This document shows positions 39,043 through 48,165 of a stretch of DNA of 64,000 nucleotides, one piece after another (the first letter of the stretch is position 1; each line of letters opens with the position of its first letter). The position numbers and the translations under genes were made by a program. Below the pieces are notes generated by a model. That model made no database searches and was not told the DNA's origin. It worked only from the letters and a program-made list of their open reading frames with translations. Source of the stretch: Nitrososphaerota archaeon (lineage in GTDB: Archaea; Thermoproteota; Nitrososphaeria_A; Caldarchaeales; Calditenuaceae); NCBI GenBank assembly GCA_033581555.1, contig JAVQSZ010000002.1:32001-96000 (forward strand), given 5' to 3'.

Positions 39043-39051
39043 GGTGGGACG

Positions 39052-40422
39052 ATGAAGTCCGAGAGGAAGCTGGTCAGGGGCGGAGTGTTAGTCACGATGG
39101 ACGACGAGCTCGGCGTGATCAGGGACGGAGCCGTCCTGGTCGAGGGCGAGAGGATAGCCGCGGTCGGGAAGGCCGACGAGTTGACGAGGACGGAGAAGGT
39201 CGACGAGGTCGTCGACGCGAGGGGGAGCTTCGTGCTTCCGGGGCTGATCTGCGGCCACACCCATCTGTACGGGATCGCGCTGAGGGGATCCGGCCTGAAG
39301 GTCGAGCCGCCGACTGACTTCCTCCAGATCCTCCAGAGGGTCTGGTGGCCGCTGGACGAGAGGCTGGACAACGAGGCGGCTTACGCGACGGCCCTGGCCG
39401 CGTCCATGGAGATGGCCCTCACCGGGACCACCTGCTTCGCCGACACGTACTCCGCGCCCAACGGAATCGAGGGGTCCCTCGACGCGATCGCAAGGGCGGT
39501 CGACGAGGTCGGGATCAGGGGCCTGATCTCCTTCGAGGCGACGGAGAGGCGGAGCGGCGATGAGGGCCTTAGGGGGCTGAAGGAGAACGAGCGGTTCCTC
39601 TCGAGCTCATCCTCGCGGAGGGCGATGGGGATGGTGAGCGTCCACGCGTCCTTCACGGTCACCGACGAGCTGATCGAGAGGGCCGTAGAACTCTCGAGGC
39701 GGTTCGACTGCCCGATCACGGTCCACGTCTCCGAGGGGCCGAACGACGTCTACCACAACATCGAGAGGTACGGCATCAGGACCGTCGAGAGGCTCGAGGG
39801 GCTGGGGTTGCTCTCGCCGAGGGCTGTCCTGGCCCACTGCGTCCACCTCTCACCGAAGGAGATATCGATCCTCGCGAGGACGGGGGCGAACGTCGCCCAC
39901 AACCCGATGAGCAACATGCTGAACGCCGTGGGCGTCTCCCCGGTCCCGGAGATGCTCAGGGAGGGCGTGAACGTCTGCCTCGGGAACGACGGCTACGTCT
40001 TCGACGCCTTCGAGAACGCGAGGGCCGCGTTCCTGGTCCACAGGGTCCACAGGAGGGACCCGACCGCGCTCTCCGCGAAGGTGGTGCTAGAGATGGCGAC
40101 CGTCAGGGCTGCTGGGGCTTACGGCCTGAAGGACCTAGGGTCCCTGAGGCCCGGGAAGCTCGCGGACCTGATCGTCGTGAGGCCGACCGTAATGGCTACG
40201 CCCCTCACCGGAGACCCGTACTCCTACGTCGTCAACGGGCTGAGGGGATCGGACGTAAGGCTCGTGATGGTCGGCGGCGAGGTCGTCGCTAGAGACGGGA
40301 GGCTCACGAGGCTCGACCAGAGGGAGGCGGAGGAGAGGGTCCTCAGGTCGATCGAGAGGCTCTGGGAGAAGTTGGGCGAGGGGCCGCTCAGGGCCGTCGA
40401 GCCTCTGCGCGGAGGTGCGTGA
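39052..40422 (+). CDS. SsnA-like metal-dependent amidohydrolase
   Basis: PGLICGHTHLY, DFLQILQRVWWPLDERL (SsnA-like), HASFT, HVSEG, HNPMSNM.N and LGNDG motifs. Confidence 0.85.
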   Translation: MKSERKLVRGGVLVTMDDELGVIRDGAVLVEGERIAAVGKADELTRTEKVDEVVDARGSFVLPGLICGHTHLYGIALRGSGLKVEPPTDFLQILQRVWWPLDERLDNEAAYATALAASMEMALTGTTCFADTYSAPNGIEGSLDAIARAVDEVGIRGLISFEATERRSGDEGLRGLKENERFLSSSSSRRAMGMVSVHASFTVTDELIERAVELSRRFDCPITVHVSEGPNDVYHNIERYGIRTVERLEGLGLLSPRAVLAHCVHLSPKEISILARTGANVAHNPMSNMLNAVGVSPVPEMLREGVNVCLGNDGYVFDAFENARAAFLVHRVHRRDPTALSAKVVLEMATVRAAGAYGLKDLGSLRPGKLADLIVVRPTVMATPLTGDPYSYVVNGLRGSDVRLVMVGGEVVARDGRLTRLDQREAEERVLRSIERLWEKLGEGPLRAVEPLRGGA

Positions 40423-41684
40423 GCGTGTCCTTCGTCAGGGAGCTGGTCTGCTCGAGGTGCGGAAGGAGCTACCTGCCGACCGAGAGGCCGGTCCTCTGCG
40501 CCTCCAGGGACCTCGGGAGGCTCGACGTGGTCTACGACTACGAGGAGCTGAAGGAGTTCCTGACCAGGGAGGCGGTCTCGAGGAGGCCTTGGGCCGGAGG
40601 GGTCTGGAGGTACTGGGAACTGCTCCCTGCCGCGATGGAGTTCGGCGCGCCCTTCGACGAGGGCCTGACACCGCTGTTCTGCGCCAGGAGGCTCAACGAC
40701 CACCTCGGCCTGAGGAGGATGAGGCTGAAGGACGAGACCCGGAACCCCACGAGCTCCTTCAAGGACAGGGCGATGGCCGTGGGAGCCGCGAAGGCCGCCG
40801 AGTGGGGTGCGGAGACGGTTGTGACCGCATCGAGCGGGAACGCTGCCTCAGCGCTAGCCGCATACGCAGCGAGCCTGGGCCTGAAGTGCGTCGCGTTCGT
40901 CCCCGAGAACGTCTCGCTCGGGAAGGCGGCGCAGCTGATCTCCTACGGCGCGAGGCTCTTCAGGGTCAAGTCGGTCGAGGAGGGGAGGGACCCGACGGTC
41001 CAGGCGATGCTGAGAGCGGTCGAGGAGTTCGGGTGGTACCCCTGTCCGAGCTTCGGCCCCTTCAACCCGTACCAGGTCGAGGGCCCCAAGACCATCGTCT
41101 ACGAGGTCGCGGAGCAGTTGGGCTGGAGGTTCCCGGACGCGTTCATCGTCCCGACTGGCTCGGGGTGCCTTCTCGCGGGGATCTGGAAGGGCGTGAGGGA
41201 TCTGGTCGAGCTGGGGCTCGTTGAGGGCGAGATGCCGAGGTTGATAGCGGTCCAGCCGGAGGGGAACCAGCCCCTGGTGAGGGCTGTCAGGAAGGGACTC
41301 TCCTTCAGCGATGTCGTGCCCGAGAGGTCGCCCAAGTCGATCGCCTCCGGGTTGCTGGACCCGTACCCCTGGGACGGCGACGCGGCGATGGAGGGGATAA
41401 GGAGGACCGGTGGGACAGGGGTCGCGGTCACCGACGAGGAGATCCTCGAGGCGGTCAAGCTCCTAGCCAGCAAAGCAGGCGTCTTCGCGGAGCCCTCGGG
41501 CGCGGTCGGAGTCGCGGCCGCGGTGAGGCTGCAGGACGAGGGCCACCTCGACGGGTCGGACGAGGTAGTAGTGCTGGTCACGGGTTCGGGGCTGAAGGAG
41601 GTCGAGAAGCTGGTCCCGACGGTCGGTGAGATACCGCTGATAACGCCTGACGTCGAGCAGTTGAGGCGCTACCTGGGGACCTGA
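40419..41684 (+). CDS. Threonine synthase-family PLP enzyme
   Basis: N-terminal CxxC; EGLTPL, NPTSSFKDR, ASSGNA, EPSGA and TGSGLK motifs; coupled to the SsnA-like gene. Confidence 0.85.
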   Translation: MSVSFVRELVCSRCGRSYLPTERPVLCASRDLGRLDVVYDYEELKEFLTREAVSRRPWAGGVWRYWELLPAAMEFGAPFDEGLTPLFCARRLNDHLGLRRMRLKDETRNPTSSFKDRAMAVGAAKAAEWGAETVVTASSGNAASALAAYAASLGLKCVAFVPENVSLGKAAQLISYGARLFRVKSVEEGRDPTVQAMLRAVEEFGWYPCPSFGPFNPYQVEGPKTIVYEVAEQLGWRFPDAFIVPTGSGCLLAGIWKGVRDLVELGLVEGEMPRLIAVQPEGNQPLVRAVRKGLSFSDVVPERSPKSIASGLLDPYPWDGDAAMEGIRRTGGTGVAVTDEEILEAVKLLASKAGVFAEPSGAVGVAAAVRLQDEGHLDGSDEVVVLVTGSGLKEVEKLVPTVGEIPLITPDVEQLRRYLGT

Positions 41685-43069
41685 GCCCTCGTCGCCCTAT
41701 GGACGTACCGCCCCCTCCCGGGCCTCGAGGTGACCTCTCCGTCCTCAGCGACCACTTCGCCCCTCGAGATCGTCAGCACGGGGTACCCCGTGACCTCAAC
41801 CCCCTCGTAGATCGAGAAGTCGAGCCTGCTGTGGAGGACGTCCTTCCCGAGCCTCACCCTCCTCTCCGGATCGATCAGAACGATGTCCGCGTCCGCTCCC
41901 ACCGCGATCCTCCCCTTTCTCGGGTAGAGGCCGTAGACCCTCGCGGGGACGTAGGAGGTCAGGCGGACGAAGCGTTCGAGGCTGATCCTGCCCTTCCTCA
42001 CTCCCTCCGAGAAGAGCGTCGGAACGATCGTCTCAGTCCCCTGGACGCCGCCCGGGATCTCCCTGAAGTCCCTCGACTTGAGCTTGTGGGCAGAGGCATA
42101 GGGCGCGTGGTCGCTCCCCACCACGTCGATCTGCCCCGAGGCGAGCCCGGACCAGAGGGCCTGGGCGTCCTCCCGCGTCCTCAGGGGCGGCGCCATGACG
42201 AAGAGCCCACCGTCGGGCCTCGAGTAGACCTCCTTCGTGAGGAGGAGGTAGTGGGGACAGGTCTCAACCCACATCCTCGCCCCGATCCCCCTCGCGGCCT
42301 CCGCGGCCCTCAACCCCGCTCCCGAGGAGAGGTGGACGACCAGGACCTCTGCCCCGGTCACCGACGAGAGGTAGCCGAGCCTCAGGACCGCCTCCGCCTC
42401 CGAGACCGCCGGCCTGCTCTCCTCGTACCTCGAGACGTCCGCACCCGCCTCCTCCACGACCCTCTCGGTCTCCTTCAGGACAATCCACTCGTTCTCGCAG
42501 TGGCAGAGGACCAGCACCCCGGCCCTCGAGGCCCAGCTCAGCGCCCTGAGGAGGGACCCGTCGTCGATCATCAGCCCCCTCCTGCTGTAGGCCGTGAAGA
42601 CCTTGACCGAGGAGACGCCCCTCCCGCCCACGAGCTCGTTCAGCTCAGCCTCTACCCTCGGACCCCACTCGAGGACGCAGACGTGGAGCCCGAAGTCGAT
42701 CCTCGACTTCGCTGACGCGGCCGCCAGCCTCTCCTCGAAGGCCCCGACGATCGATCCTCCCCTCTCGGGCGTGACGAAGTCGATGAAGGTCGTGACGCCA
42801 CCACACGAGGCCGCTGAGCTGCCCGAGTCGAAGTCATCAGCGGTCGCCATCCCACCGCCGTACTGCATCTCGAAGTGGACGTGCCCGTCTATCGCACCAG
42901 GGACGACCACTTTCCCGGAGGCGTCGATCACCCTTTCGGCCCGTGCCTCGATCGACTTCGCGATGACCGCTATCTTCCCGCCCTCGACCCCAATCTCGCA
43001 CTCGAAGGTCCCGAACGGGTCAGCCACCCTGCAGTTCCTCAGGACCAGGTCAAACCCCAACTCCCGCAC
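41669..43069 (-). CDS. hydA: Dihydropyrimidinase/D-hydantoinase
   Basis: PGAIDGHVH, GGVTTFIDF, SVKVF.AY, HCEN, ETCPHYL and SDHAPY motifs. Confidence 0.9.
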   Translation of the reverse strand: MRELGFDLVLRNCRVADPFGTFECEIGVEGGKIAVIAKSIEARAERVIDASGKVVVPGAIDGHVHFEMQYGGGMATADDFDSGSSAASCGGVTTFIDFVTPERGGSIVGAFEERLAAASAKSRIDFGLHVCVLEWGPRVEAELNELVGGRGVSSVKVFTAYSRRGLMIDDGSLLRALSWASRAGVLVLCHCENEWIVLKETERVVEEAGADVSRYEESRPAVSEAEAVLRLGYLSSVTGAEVLVVHLSSGAGLRAAEAARGIGARMWVETCPHYLLLTKEVYSRPDGGLFVMAPPLRTREDAQALWSGLASGQIDVVGSDHAPYASAHKLKSRDFREIPGGVQGTETIVPTLFSEGVRKGRISLERFVRLTSYVPARVYGLYPRKGRIAVGADADIVLIDPERRVRLGKDVLHSRLDFSIYEGVEVTGYPVLTISRGEVVAEDGEVTSRPGRGRYVHRATRAQVPR

Positions 43070-43079
43070 CGCCTTGAGC

Positions 43080-44864
43080 TCAGGCCGGGACGACGGCCGC
43101 GACCGGGTCGACGAACCTCTGCGCGTTGACGTCGAAGAGACCCTTGTCGGTAACGCGGGCCTCGGGGATGACCGAGAGCGTGAGGAGTGAGACGATCGGC
43201 ATGTACGGGTGGTCGATCGCACCGAGCCTCTCCAGCGCCCTTCTGAATCCCCTCATCTTCTCCGCCATGACCCGCACGGGCTCCTCGGACATCAGCCCCG
43301 CGATCGGGAGCTCTATCCTCGAGAGGACCTCGCCGTTCAGGGTCGCGACCAGTCCTCCCTCCGACTTGACGACCTCTGTCGCCGCGAGGTGCATGTCCCT
43401 CGGGTCGGTCCCTATCACTGCGAGGTTGTGGGAGTCGTGGGCGACCGTGGTCGCGATCGCGCCCCTCTCCATGAAGCCCTTCACGAACCCGTAGCCCCTC
43501 TTCCCAGTGCCCCTGTGCCTCTCCATTACCACCATCAGCGCGACGTCGCCCAGCAGGGCCCTACCTCCCCTGACTTCGACCTCGGCGGTAGACCTCTTCG
43601 TCACGATCATCTCCAGGAACGCCCTCGAGACGTCTTCCACGGACGGGTCGGGCCTCCTGAACTCGATCACGTTCAGGACCAGCTTGCCGTCGCTGATCGG
43701 CGGCCTGAACTCGAAGTCTTCAGGCCTCAGGTCCTTGACCCTGACGGTGCCCAGGGCTCTCTTGTCGAACCTCCTCTCCGGGAGCTCCGCGACGAGCCTT
43801 CCGTCCCTCGCGACGACCTTGCCCCCGAAGAGCACCATCCTCACGTCGATCCTCTTCAGGCTACCGAGGACTACTAGGTCGGCGAGCTTACCAGGCGAGA
43901 CCGCTCCCAGCTCGAACATCCTCATGTGGGTCGCGGGCCTCAGTGTCACGCTCCGGATCGCCTCGACCTCGTCCATGCCGGCCTCGATCATCGACCTGAC
44001 CACGAAGTCCAGGTGTCCCCTCTCCGCGAGCGTGTCGGGCATCACGTCGTCCGTCACAAGGATCACCCGGTTCCAGGGGCTCGGGAGAGAGCCGATCGAC
44101 CTCACGAACCTCCTTGGGTCCAGGATGTAGGGCCCCCTCAGCTTGACGTACATCCCCCTCCTGAGCTTCTCGACCGCCGACTCGACAGTGAAGTTCTCGT
44201 GGTCTGCCTCAGGGCCCGTCGCGACGTACGCGTTCAGCCTCGCGCCTGAGAGGAGTACGCAGTGCCCGTCGATCACGCACCTCCTCCTCCAGCCTATCTC
44301 GAGGATCCGCATGAACTTCTCACGGCCCGCGAGGACCGACTCGAAGTCCATCACCTCGCCCAGCCCCACAATCCCTTCCCAGTCGAGGGCCCTCTCGACG
44401 TCCTCCGGGGTGATCTCGGCCCCAGCCGTCACCGCATCGGACTCCGGGACGCAGGTCGGGACGAAGTAGGTGATCCTCATCGGTAATTCCCTAGAGTTCT
44501 CGAGCATCATCCTGACGCCCTCGATCCCGAGGACGTTCGCGATCTCGTGGGGGTCAGCGCAGACCGTCGTGGTGCCGTGCGGGAGGACGGCCTCCGCGAA
44601 CCTAACCGGGGTGACCATGCTGCTCTCGATGTGGAGGTGGGTGTCGATGAAGCCCGGCACCACCACGCCCTCTACGTCCAACACGCCCTCGGCGCTCGGA
44701 GCGTCCTTGCCCACGTAGACTACCCTGTCCCTGTATATCCCGACGTCGGCCCATTCTACCTCACCCGAGTAGACGTTGAGGACCTGGGCGCCCCTCAAAA
44801 GGAGCGTGAGTTTCCTTTTGCCCTGCGCAGCCTCGACGAGCTCCCTGATGTACTGCGCGTCCAT
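43080..44864 (-). CDS. ade: Adenine deaminase (Ade/AdeC family)
   Basis: DTHLHIESS, GTTT..DPHEIANV, GLGEVMD, TDD and VAHDSHN motifs. Confidence 0.92.
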   Translation of the reverse strand: MDAQYIRELVEAAQGKRKLTLLLRGAQVLNVYSGEVEWADVGIYRDRVVYVGKDAPSAEGVLDVEGVVVPGFIDTHLHIESSMVTPVRFAEAVLPHGTTTVCADPHEIANVLGIEGVRMMLENSRELPMRITYFVPTCVPESDAVTAGAEITPEDVERALDWEGIVGLGEVMDFESVLAGREKFMRILEIGWRRRCVIDGHCVLLSGARLNAYVATGPEADHENFTVESAVEKLRRGMYVKLRGPYILDPRRFVRSIGSLPSPWNRVILVTDDVMPDTLAERGHLDFVVRSMIEAGMDEVEAIRSVTLRPATHMRMFELGAVSPGKLADLVVLGSLKRIDVRMVLFGGKVVARDGRLVAELPERRFDKRALGTVRVKDLRPEDFEFRPPISDGKLVLNVIEFRRPDPSVEDVSRAFLEMIVTKRSTAEVEVRGGRALLGDVALMVVMERHRGTGKRGYGFVKGFMERGAIATTVAHDSHNLAVIGTDPRDMHLAATEVVKSEGGLVATLNGEVLSRIELPIAGLMSEEPVRVMAEKMRGFRRALERLGAIDHPYMPIVSLLTLSVIPEARVTDKGLFDVNAQRFVDPVAAVVPA

Positions 44865-44966
44865 ACCGATTGGGCGTCGCCGGTGTTAATTTAGGTGAGG
44901 GGCCATGACCCCGGGACCGCGGCCTGGACAAACCGATATCTCTCGGGGCTTGTGGGAAAGGGGAGC

Positions 44967-45593
44967 ATGGAGCAGGTCCAGGGGAGGCTGCCTCCAGGTC
45001 AGAGGTACGTCCGGGACTTCATCGTCTACGCGGCGCTGGGGATACCGAGGGTCGACCTGAACAGCTACAGGCTCTCGGTGACTGGTCTCGTCGAGAGGCC
45101 GCTCTCGTTCACCTACGAGGAGCTGCTCAGGATGCCGATGAAGAAGTACGTCAGGGACGCCCACTGCGTTACCAAGTGGTCGGTGAAGGACGTCGAGTGG
45201 GAGGGAGTTCAGATCAGGTACCTCGCCGAGCTCGCCGGCGTCAAGCCCGAGGCCAGGTGGGTGATGTTCAGGTGCCTAGACGGCTACTCGGCCCCCGTGC
45301 CGGTAGAGGACGCGCTGGACGAGTACTCTATCGTCGCTTTAAGGATCAACGGGAGGCCCATACCCCTCGAGAACGGGTTCCCCGCGAGGCCCTTCATCCC
45401 CCACCTCTACCTCTGGAAGAGCGCGAAGTGGTTGAACGAGATCGAGTTCATCGAGGAGTATGAGGACGGGTTCTGGGAGAGGCCAGAGAACGGCGGCTAC
45501 CATGAGCGGGGGAACGTCTGGCAGGAGGAGAGGTTCAAGGACGCGGGCGGGTTCCACTCGAGGAGGAGGCCGATCAGGCCGAAGGGTTTCTGA
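44967..45593 (+). CDS. Sulfite oxidase-like molybdopterin-binding oxidoreductase (cytoplasmic)
   Basis: [27 protein letters not shown] and GFWE..GYH motifs. Confidence 0.9.
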   Translation: MEQVQGRLPPGQRYVRDFIVYAALGIPRVDLNSYRLSVTGLVERPLSFTYEELLRMPMKKYVRDAHCVTKWSVKDVEWEGVQIRYLAELAGVKPEARWVMFRCLDGYSAPVPVEDALDEYSIVALRINGRPIPLENGFPARPFIPHLYLWKSAKWLNEIEFIEEYEDGFWERPENGGYHERGNVWQEERFKDAGGFHSRRRPIRPKGF

Positions 45594-45614
45594 GCTCCTG
45601 ATGCCAGGCCCACA

Positions 45615-46382
45615 TCAAGATGGCAAGAACTTGGACCTGAGCCTGCTGCTCGCGACGTCTATCGCAACGACGAACGCTAGGACCACGAGCAGGGCCGTCG
45701 TGAGGGACCTGTAGTCGAGGACCTGGACGTAGGAGAGGATGTAGAACCCGATGCCTCCCGCGCCGACCAGCCCGAGGATCGTCGAGGCCCTCACGTTGTA
45801 CTCGAACATGAAGATCGCCTGGCTGATGATGTAGTTCGCAGACTCAGGGATCACGACGTACCTCATCAGAGCCAGCTTCCCCGCGCCAGAGATCCTGACC
45901 GAGTCTAGGACGTCCCTGTCGACCGCATCGAAGGCCTCGTAGAGTAGCTTGCCGAGGTATCCGATCGAGTACACCGCGGTCCCCAGGACGCCGGCTAGGG
46001 GCCCGAACCCGACTGTGATGACGAAGAGGAGCGCCCAGAGGATGGCCGGGATGGTCCTAATCACAGACAGGAGGAACCTGAAGAAGCTGGTGACCGGCGC
46101 AGTGAACAACGACCTGCTGCTCAGCGATGCCAGCGGCACCGAGACTAGGACCGCGAGCGTCGTCCCGGCGAGCGCTATCAACACCGTCTCGAGCATGCTC
46201 CCGAGGAGAACCGGTATCGGCTCCGGGTCTGGAGGGAAGGCGTTCGCGAGGAAGACGCAGAGGTTCGGGAGCTTGGAGATCGTCCTTGGGCTGAAGGCTC
46301 CGAAGTGCCAAAGCAGGACCAGCGCGACCCCCAGGAGGATCAGGAGGTTCGCGTTGGGGCCGGCCCACCGTAAGGCCCTCAA
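45615..46382 (-). CDS. phnE: Phosphate/phosphonate ABC permease
   Basis: RTIP...WALLF, GKL.YEA and EYNVRASTILGLVGAGGIG motifs. Confidence 0.9.
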   Translation of the reverse strand: MRALRWAGPNANLLILLGVALVLLWHFGAFSPRTISKLPNLCVFLANAFPPDPEPIPVLLGSMLETVLIALAGTTLAVLVSVPLASLSSRSLFTAPVTSFFRFLLSVIRTIPAILWALLFVITVGFGPLAGVLGTAVYSIGYLGKLLYEAFDAVDRDVLDSVRISGAGKLALMRYVVIPESANYIISQAIFMFEYNVRASTILGLVGAGGIGFYILSYVQVLDYRSLTTALLVVLAFVVAIDVASSRLRSKFLPS

Positions 46383-47086
46383 AACACGCTCAGGACCTCC
46401 TCGACGGACGCGTTAGAAGCGTCCTTGTGGAGCGCGATCCGGCCGTCCCTGATCACAGCGACCTTGTCGCCGAACTTCGGGACGAGGTGGACGTCGTGTG
46501 TGGTGATCGCGAACCCTATCCCTTGCGTCCTCAGGTCCCTAGTCAGCTCCAACACCTCCAGCGAAGTTAAGGGGTCGAGCTGGGAGACGAACTCGTCGGC
46601 GAGGACAATCTTCGCGCCTTGGACCAGTGCCCTCGCGATCGCGACCCTCTGCTTCTGCCCGCCGCTAAGCTCTTTCGCCTTGACGTTGACGTAATCCCCG
46701 AGTCCCAGGAGCTCGCAGGCGTCCTTCGCCCTCGAGACCGCCTCTCTGGGGAAGGACCCGACGACCTGCGAGAAGAGCGAGAGCCCGCCGAGGGCCCCGA
46801 GGAGCGCGTTCTCCAGGACCGTGAGGTTCTCGACGATGCCGATCGCCTGCGGGACGTAAGCTATGGCCCGACTTCGCCTCCCGTCGACTTGAAGGCCCTC
46901 GTATACCACGGAGCCCGACTGTGGTTTCAGGAGGCCCGCCGCGAGCTTGAGGAGCGTCGTCTTCCCCGCGCCGCTCCTCCCCAGGACCATCAGGACCTCG
47001 CCGGACTCGATGTCCAGGCTCACGGAGCTGAGGACCGGCCTCCCGGGCCTGTAGGCGAAGCTCACGTCCCGCAGCGATATCCTCAA
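46379..47086 (-). CDS. phnC: Phosphonate-type ABC ATP-binding protein
   Basis: GRSGAGKTT, LSGGQKQRVAIARAL and LADEFVSQLDP motifs. Confidence 0.85.
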   Translation of the reverse strand: MRISLRDVSFAYRPGRPVLSSVSLDIESGEVLMVLGRSGAGKTTLLKLAAGLLKPQSGSVVYEGLQVDGRRSRAIAYVPQAIGIVENLTVLENALLGALGGLSLFSQVVGSFPREAVSRAKDACELLGLGDYVNVKAKELSGGQKQRVAIARALVQGAKIVLADEFVSQLDPLTSLEVLELTRDLRTQGIGFAITTHDVHLVPKFGDKVAVIRDGRIALHKDASNASVEEVLSVF

Positions 47087-47096
47087 CGGAGGTCCC

Positions 47097-48026
47097 TCAA
47101 GCGTCGTACCCGAGCCCCGTCAGCTCGATGAACCTTTGCAGGGAGGCGAGGTGCTCCTTCGAGTCCTTCCTCTCCCACCCGACGAAGAGCCCGGAGACGA
47201 GCCTCCTCATGAGCTCCCTGTACTCCTCCCTCCCGAGGTCCTCAAAGGCCGAGATCAGGAGCTCCCTCGTCCGCGGGTCCAGCCTCTTCGAGACGACCAG
47301 CGTGTGGGACGGGAGCGGCCCCTGCTGCTCGATCACCCTGGTCGTGGCCATCACCTTCTGGAAGAGGTCGTAAGCGACGTCGCCCGCGGTCACGGTCACG
47401 TCCACGTTCCCGGCCATCAAAGCCTCGTAGCACTGCTGGTATCCGCCGCCGAAGTAAACCTCGGAGAAGAACTCCTTCGGGTCGACGGGCTTATCGCCCT
47501 TCCTGGTCAGGAGACCGAGCTCAACCATCCTCGCGAGCGGCGCCAGGTAACCCGAGGACGAGATGGGGCTCGGGAAGCAGACCCTCTTCCCCCTCAGGTC
47601 CTCGAGCTTGGTGTACGGCGAGTCCGGCCTCACGATCCAGTACGAGAAGTAGAACGTGCCCTCGACCCTCCTGCCGTCGATCGCCACGGTCCTCACCTCC
47701 GCGAGGTAGACCTCCGAGTCCGCGACCCTCACCGCGATCGCGGACGGCCACGAGCCCATCATCGCCGCGTGGACGTTGACGTACCTCAGCGCCTCGATCA
47801 CCGCCGAGTAGCTCGTCGGGACGTAGACCTCGACCGGTCTGCCGAGCTTGGCCGTCAGGTACTCCTTCAGCTGCTGGGCCCTCTCGAGGATCGCTGCGGG
47901 GTTCTGAGTCGGTTGGATCGCGACAACGATCGGCTCGTCTCTGGTCTGCACGCCCCAGAGGGACCAAACCGCGATGGACGCCAACGCGACGATCGCAAGG
48001 ATCCCGAGGAGGTGCGAGCGTCTCAC
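47097..48026 (-). CDS. phnD: Phosphate/phosphite/phosphonate ABC substrate-binding protein
   Basis: N-terminal anchor; YSAVIEALR, LEDLRGK and SSSGYLAP motifs. Confidence 0.88.
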   Translation of the reverse strand: MRRSHLLGILAIVALASIAVWSLWGVQTRDEPIVVAIQPTQNPAAILERAQQLKEYLTAKLGRPVEVYVPTSYSAVIEALRYVNVHAAMMGSWPSAIAVRVADSEVYLAEVRTVAIDGRRVEGTFYFSYWIVRPDSPYTKLEDLRGKRVCFPSPISSSGYLAPLARMVELGLLTRKGDKPVDPKEFFSEVYFGGGYQQCYEALMAGNVDVTVTAGDVAYDLFQKVMATTRVIEQQGPLPSHTLVVSKRLDPRTRELLISAFEDLGREEYRELMRRLVSGLFVGWERKDSKEHLASLQRFIELTGLGYDA

Positions 48027-48037
48027 GCCCGCTAGAG

Positions 48038-48052
48038 TATAACGTCGTTATA
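48038..48052. promoter_or_regulatory. Palindrome TATAACG-T-CGTTATA upstream of phnD (candidate operator)
   Basis: Perfect 7-bp inverted repeat about 12 bp upstream of the start codon. Confidence 0.5.
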
Positions 48053-48165
48053 ATAACCTTTCACGACGACAACGCCCGACACGGGAGGACGACCGTCAGT
48101 AAGGCTCACTGAACCCTGAAATTCCCGCACGGGCGAGCGGATTTCACGGCGTTAAACCACGACCA

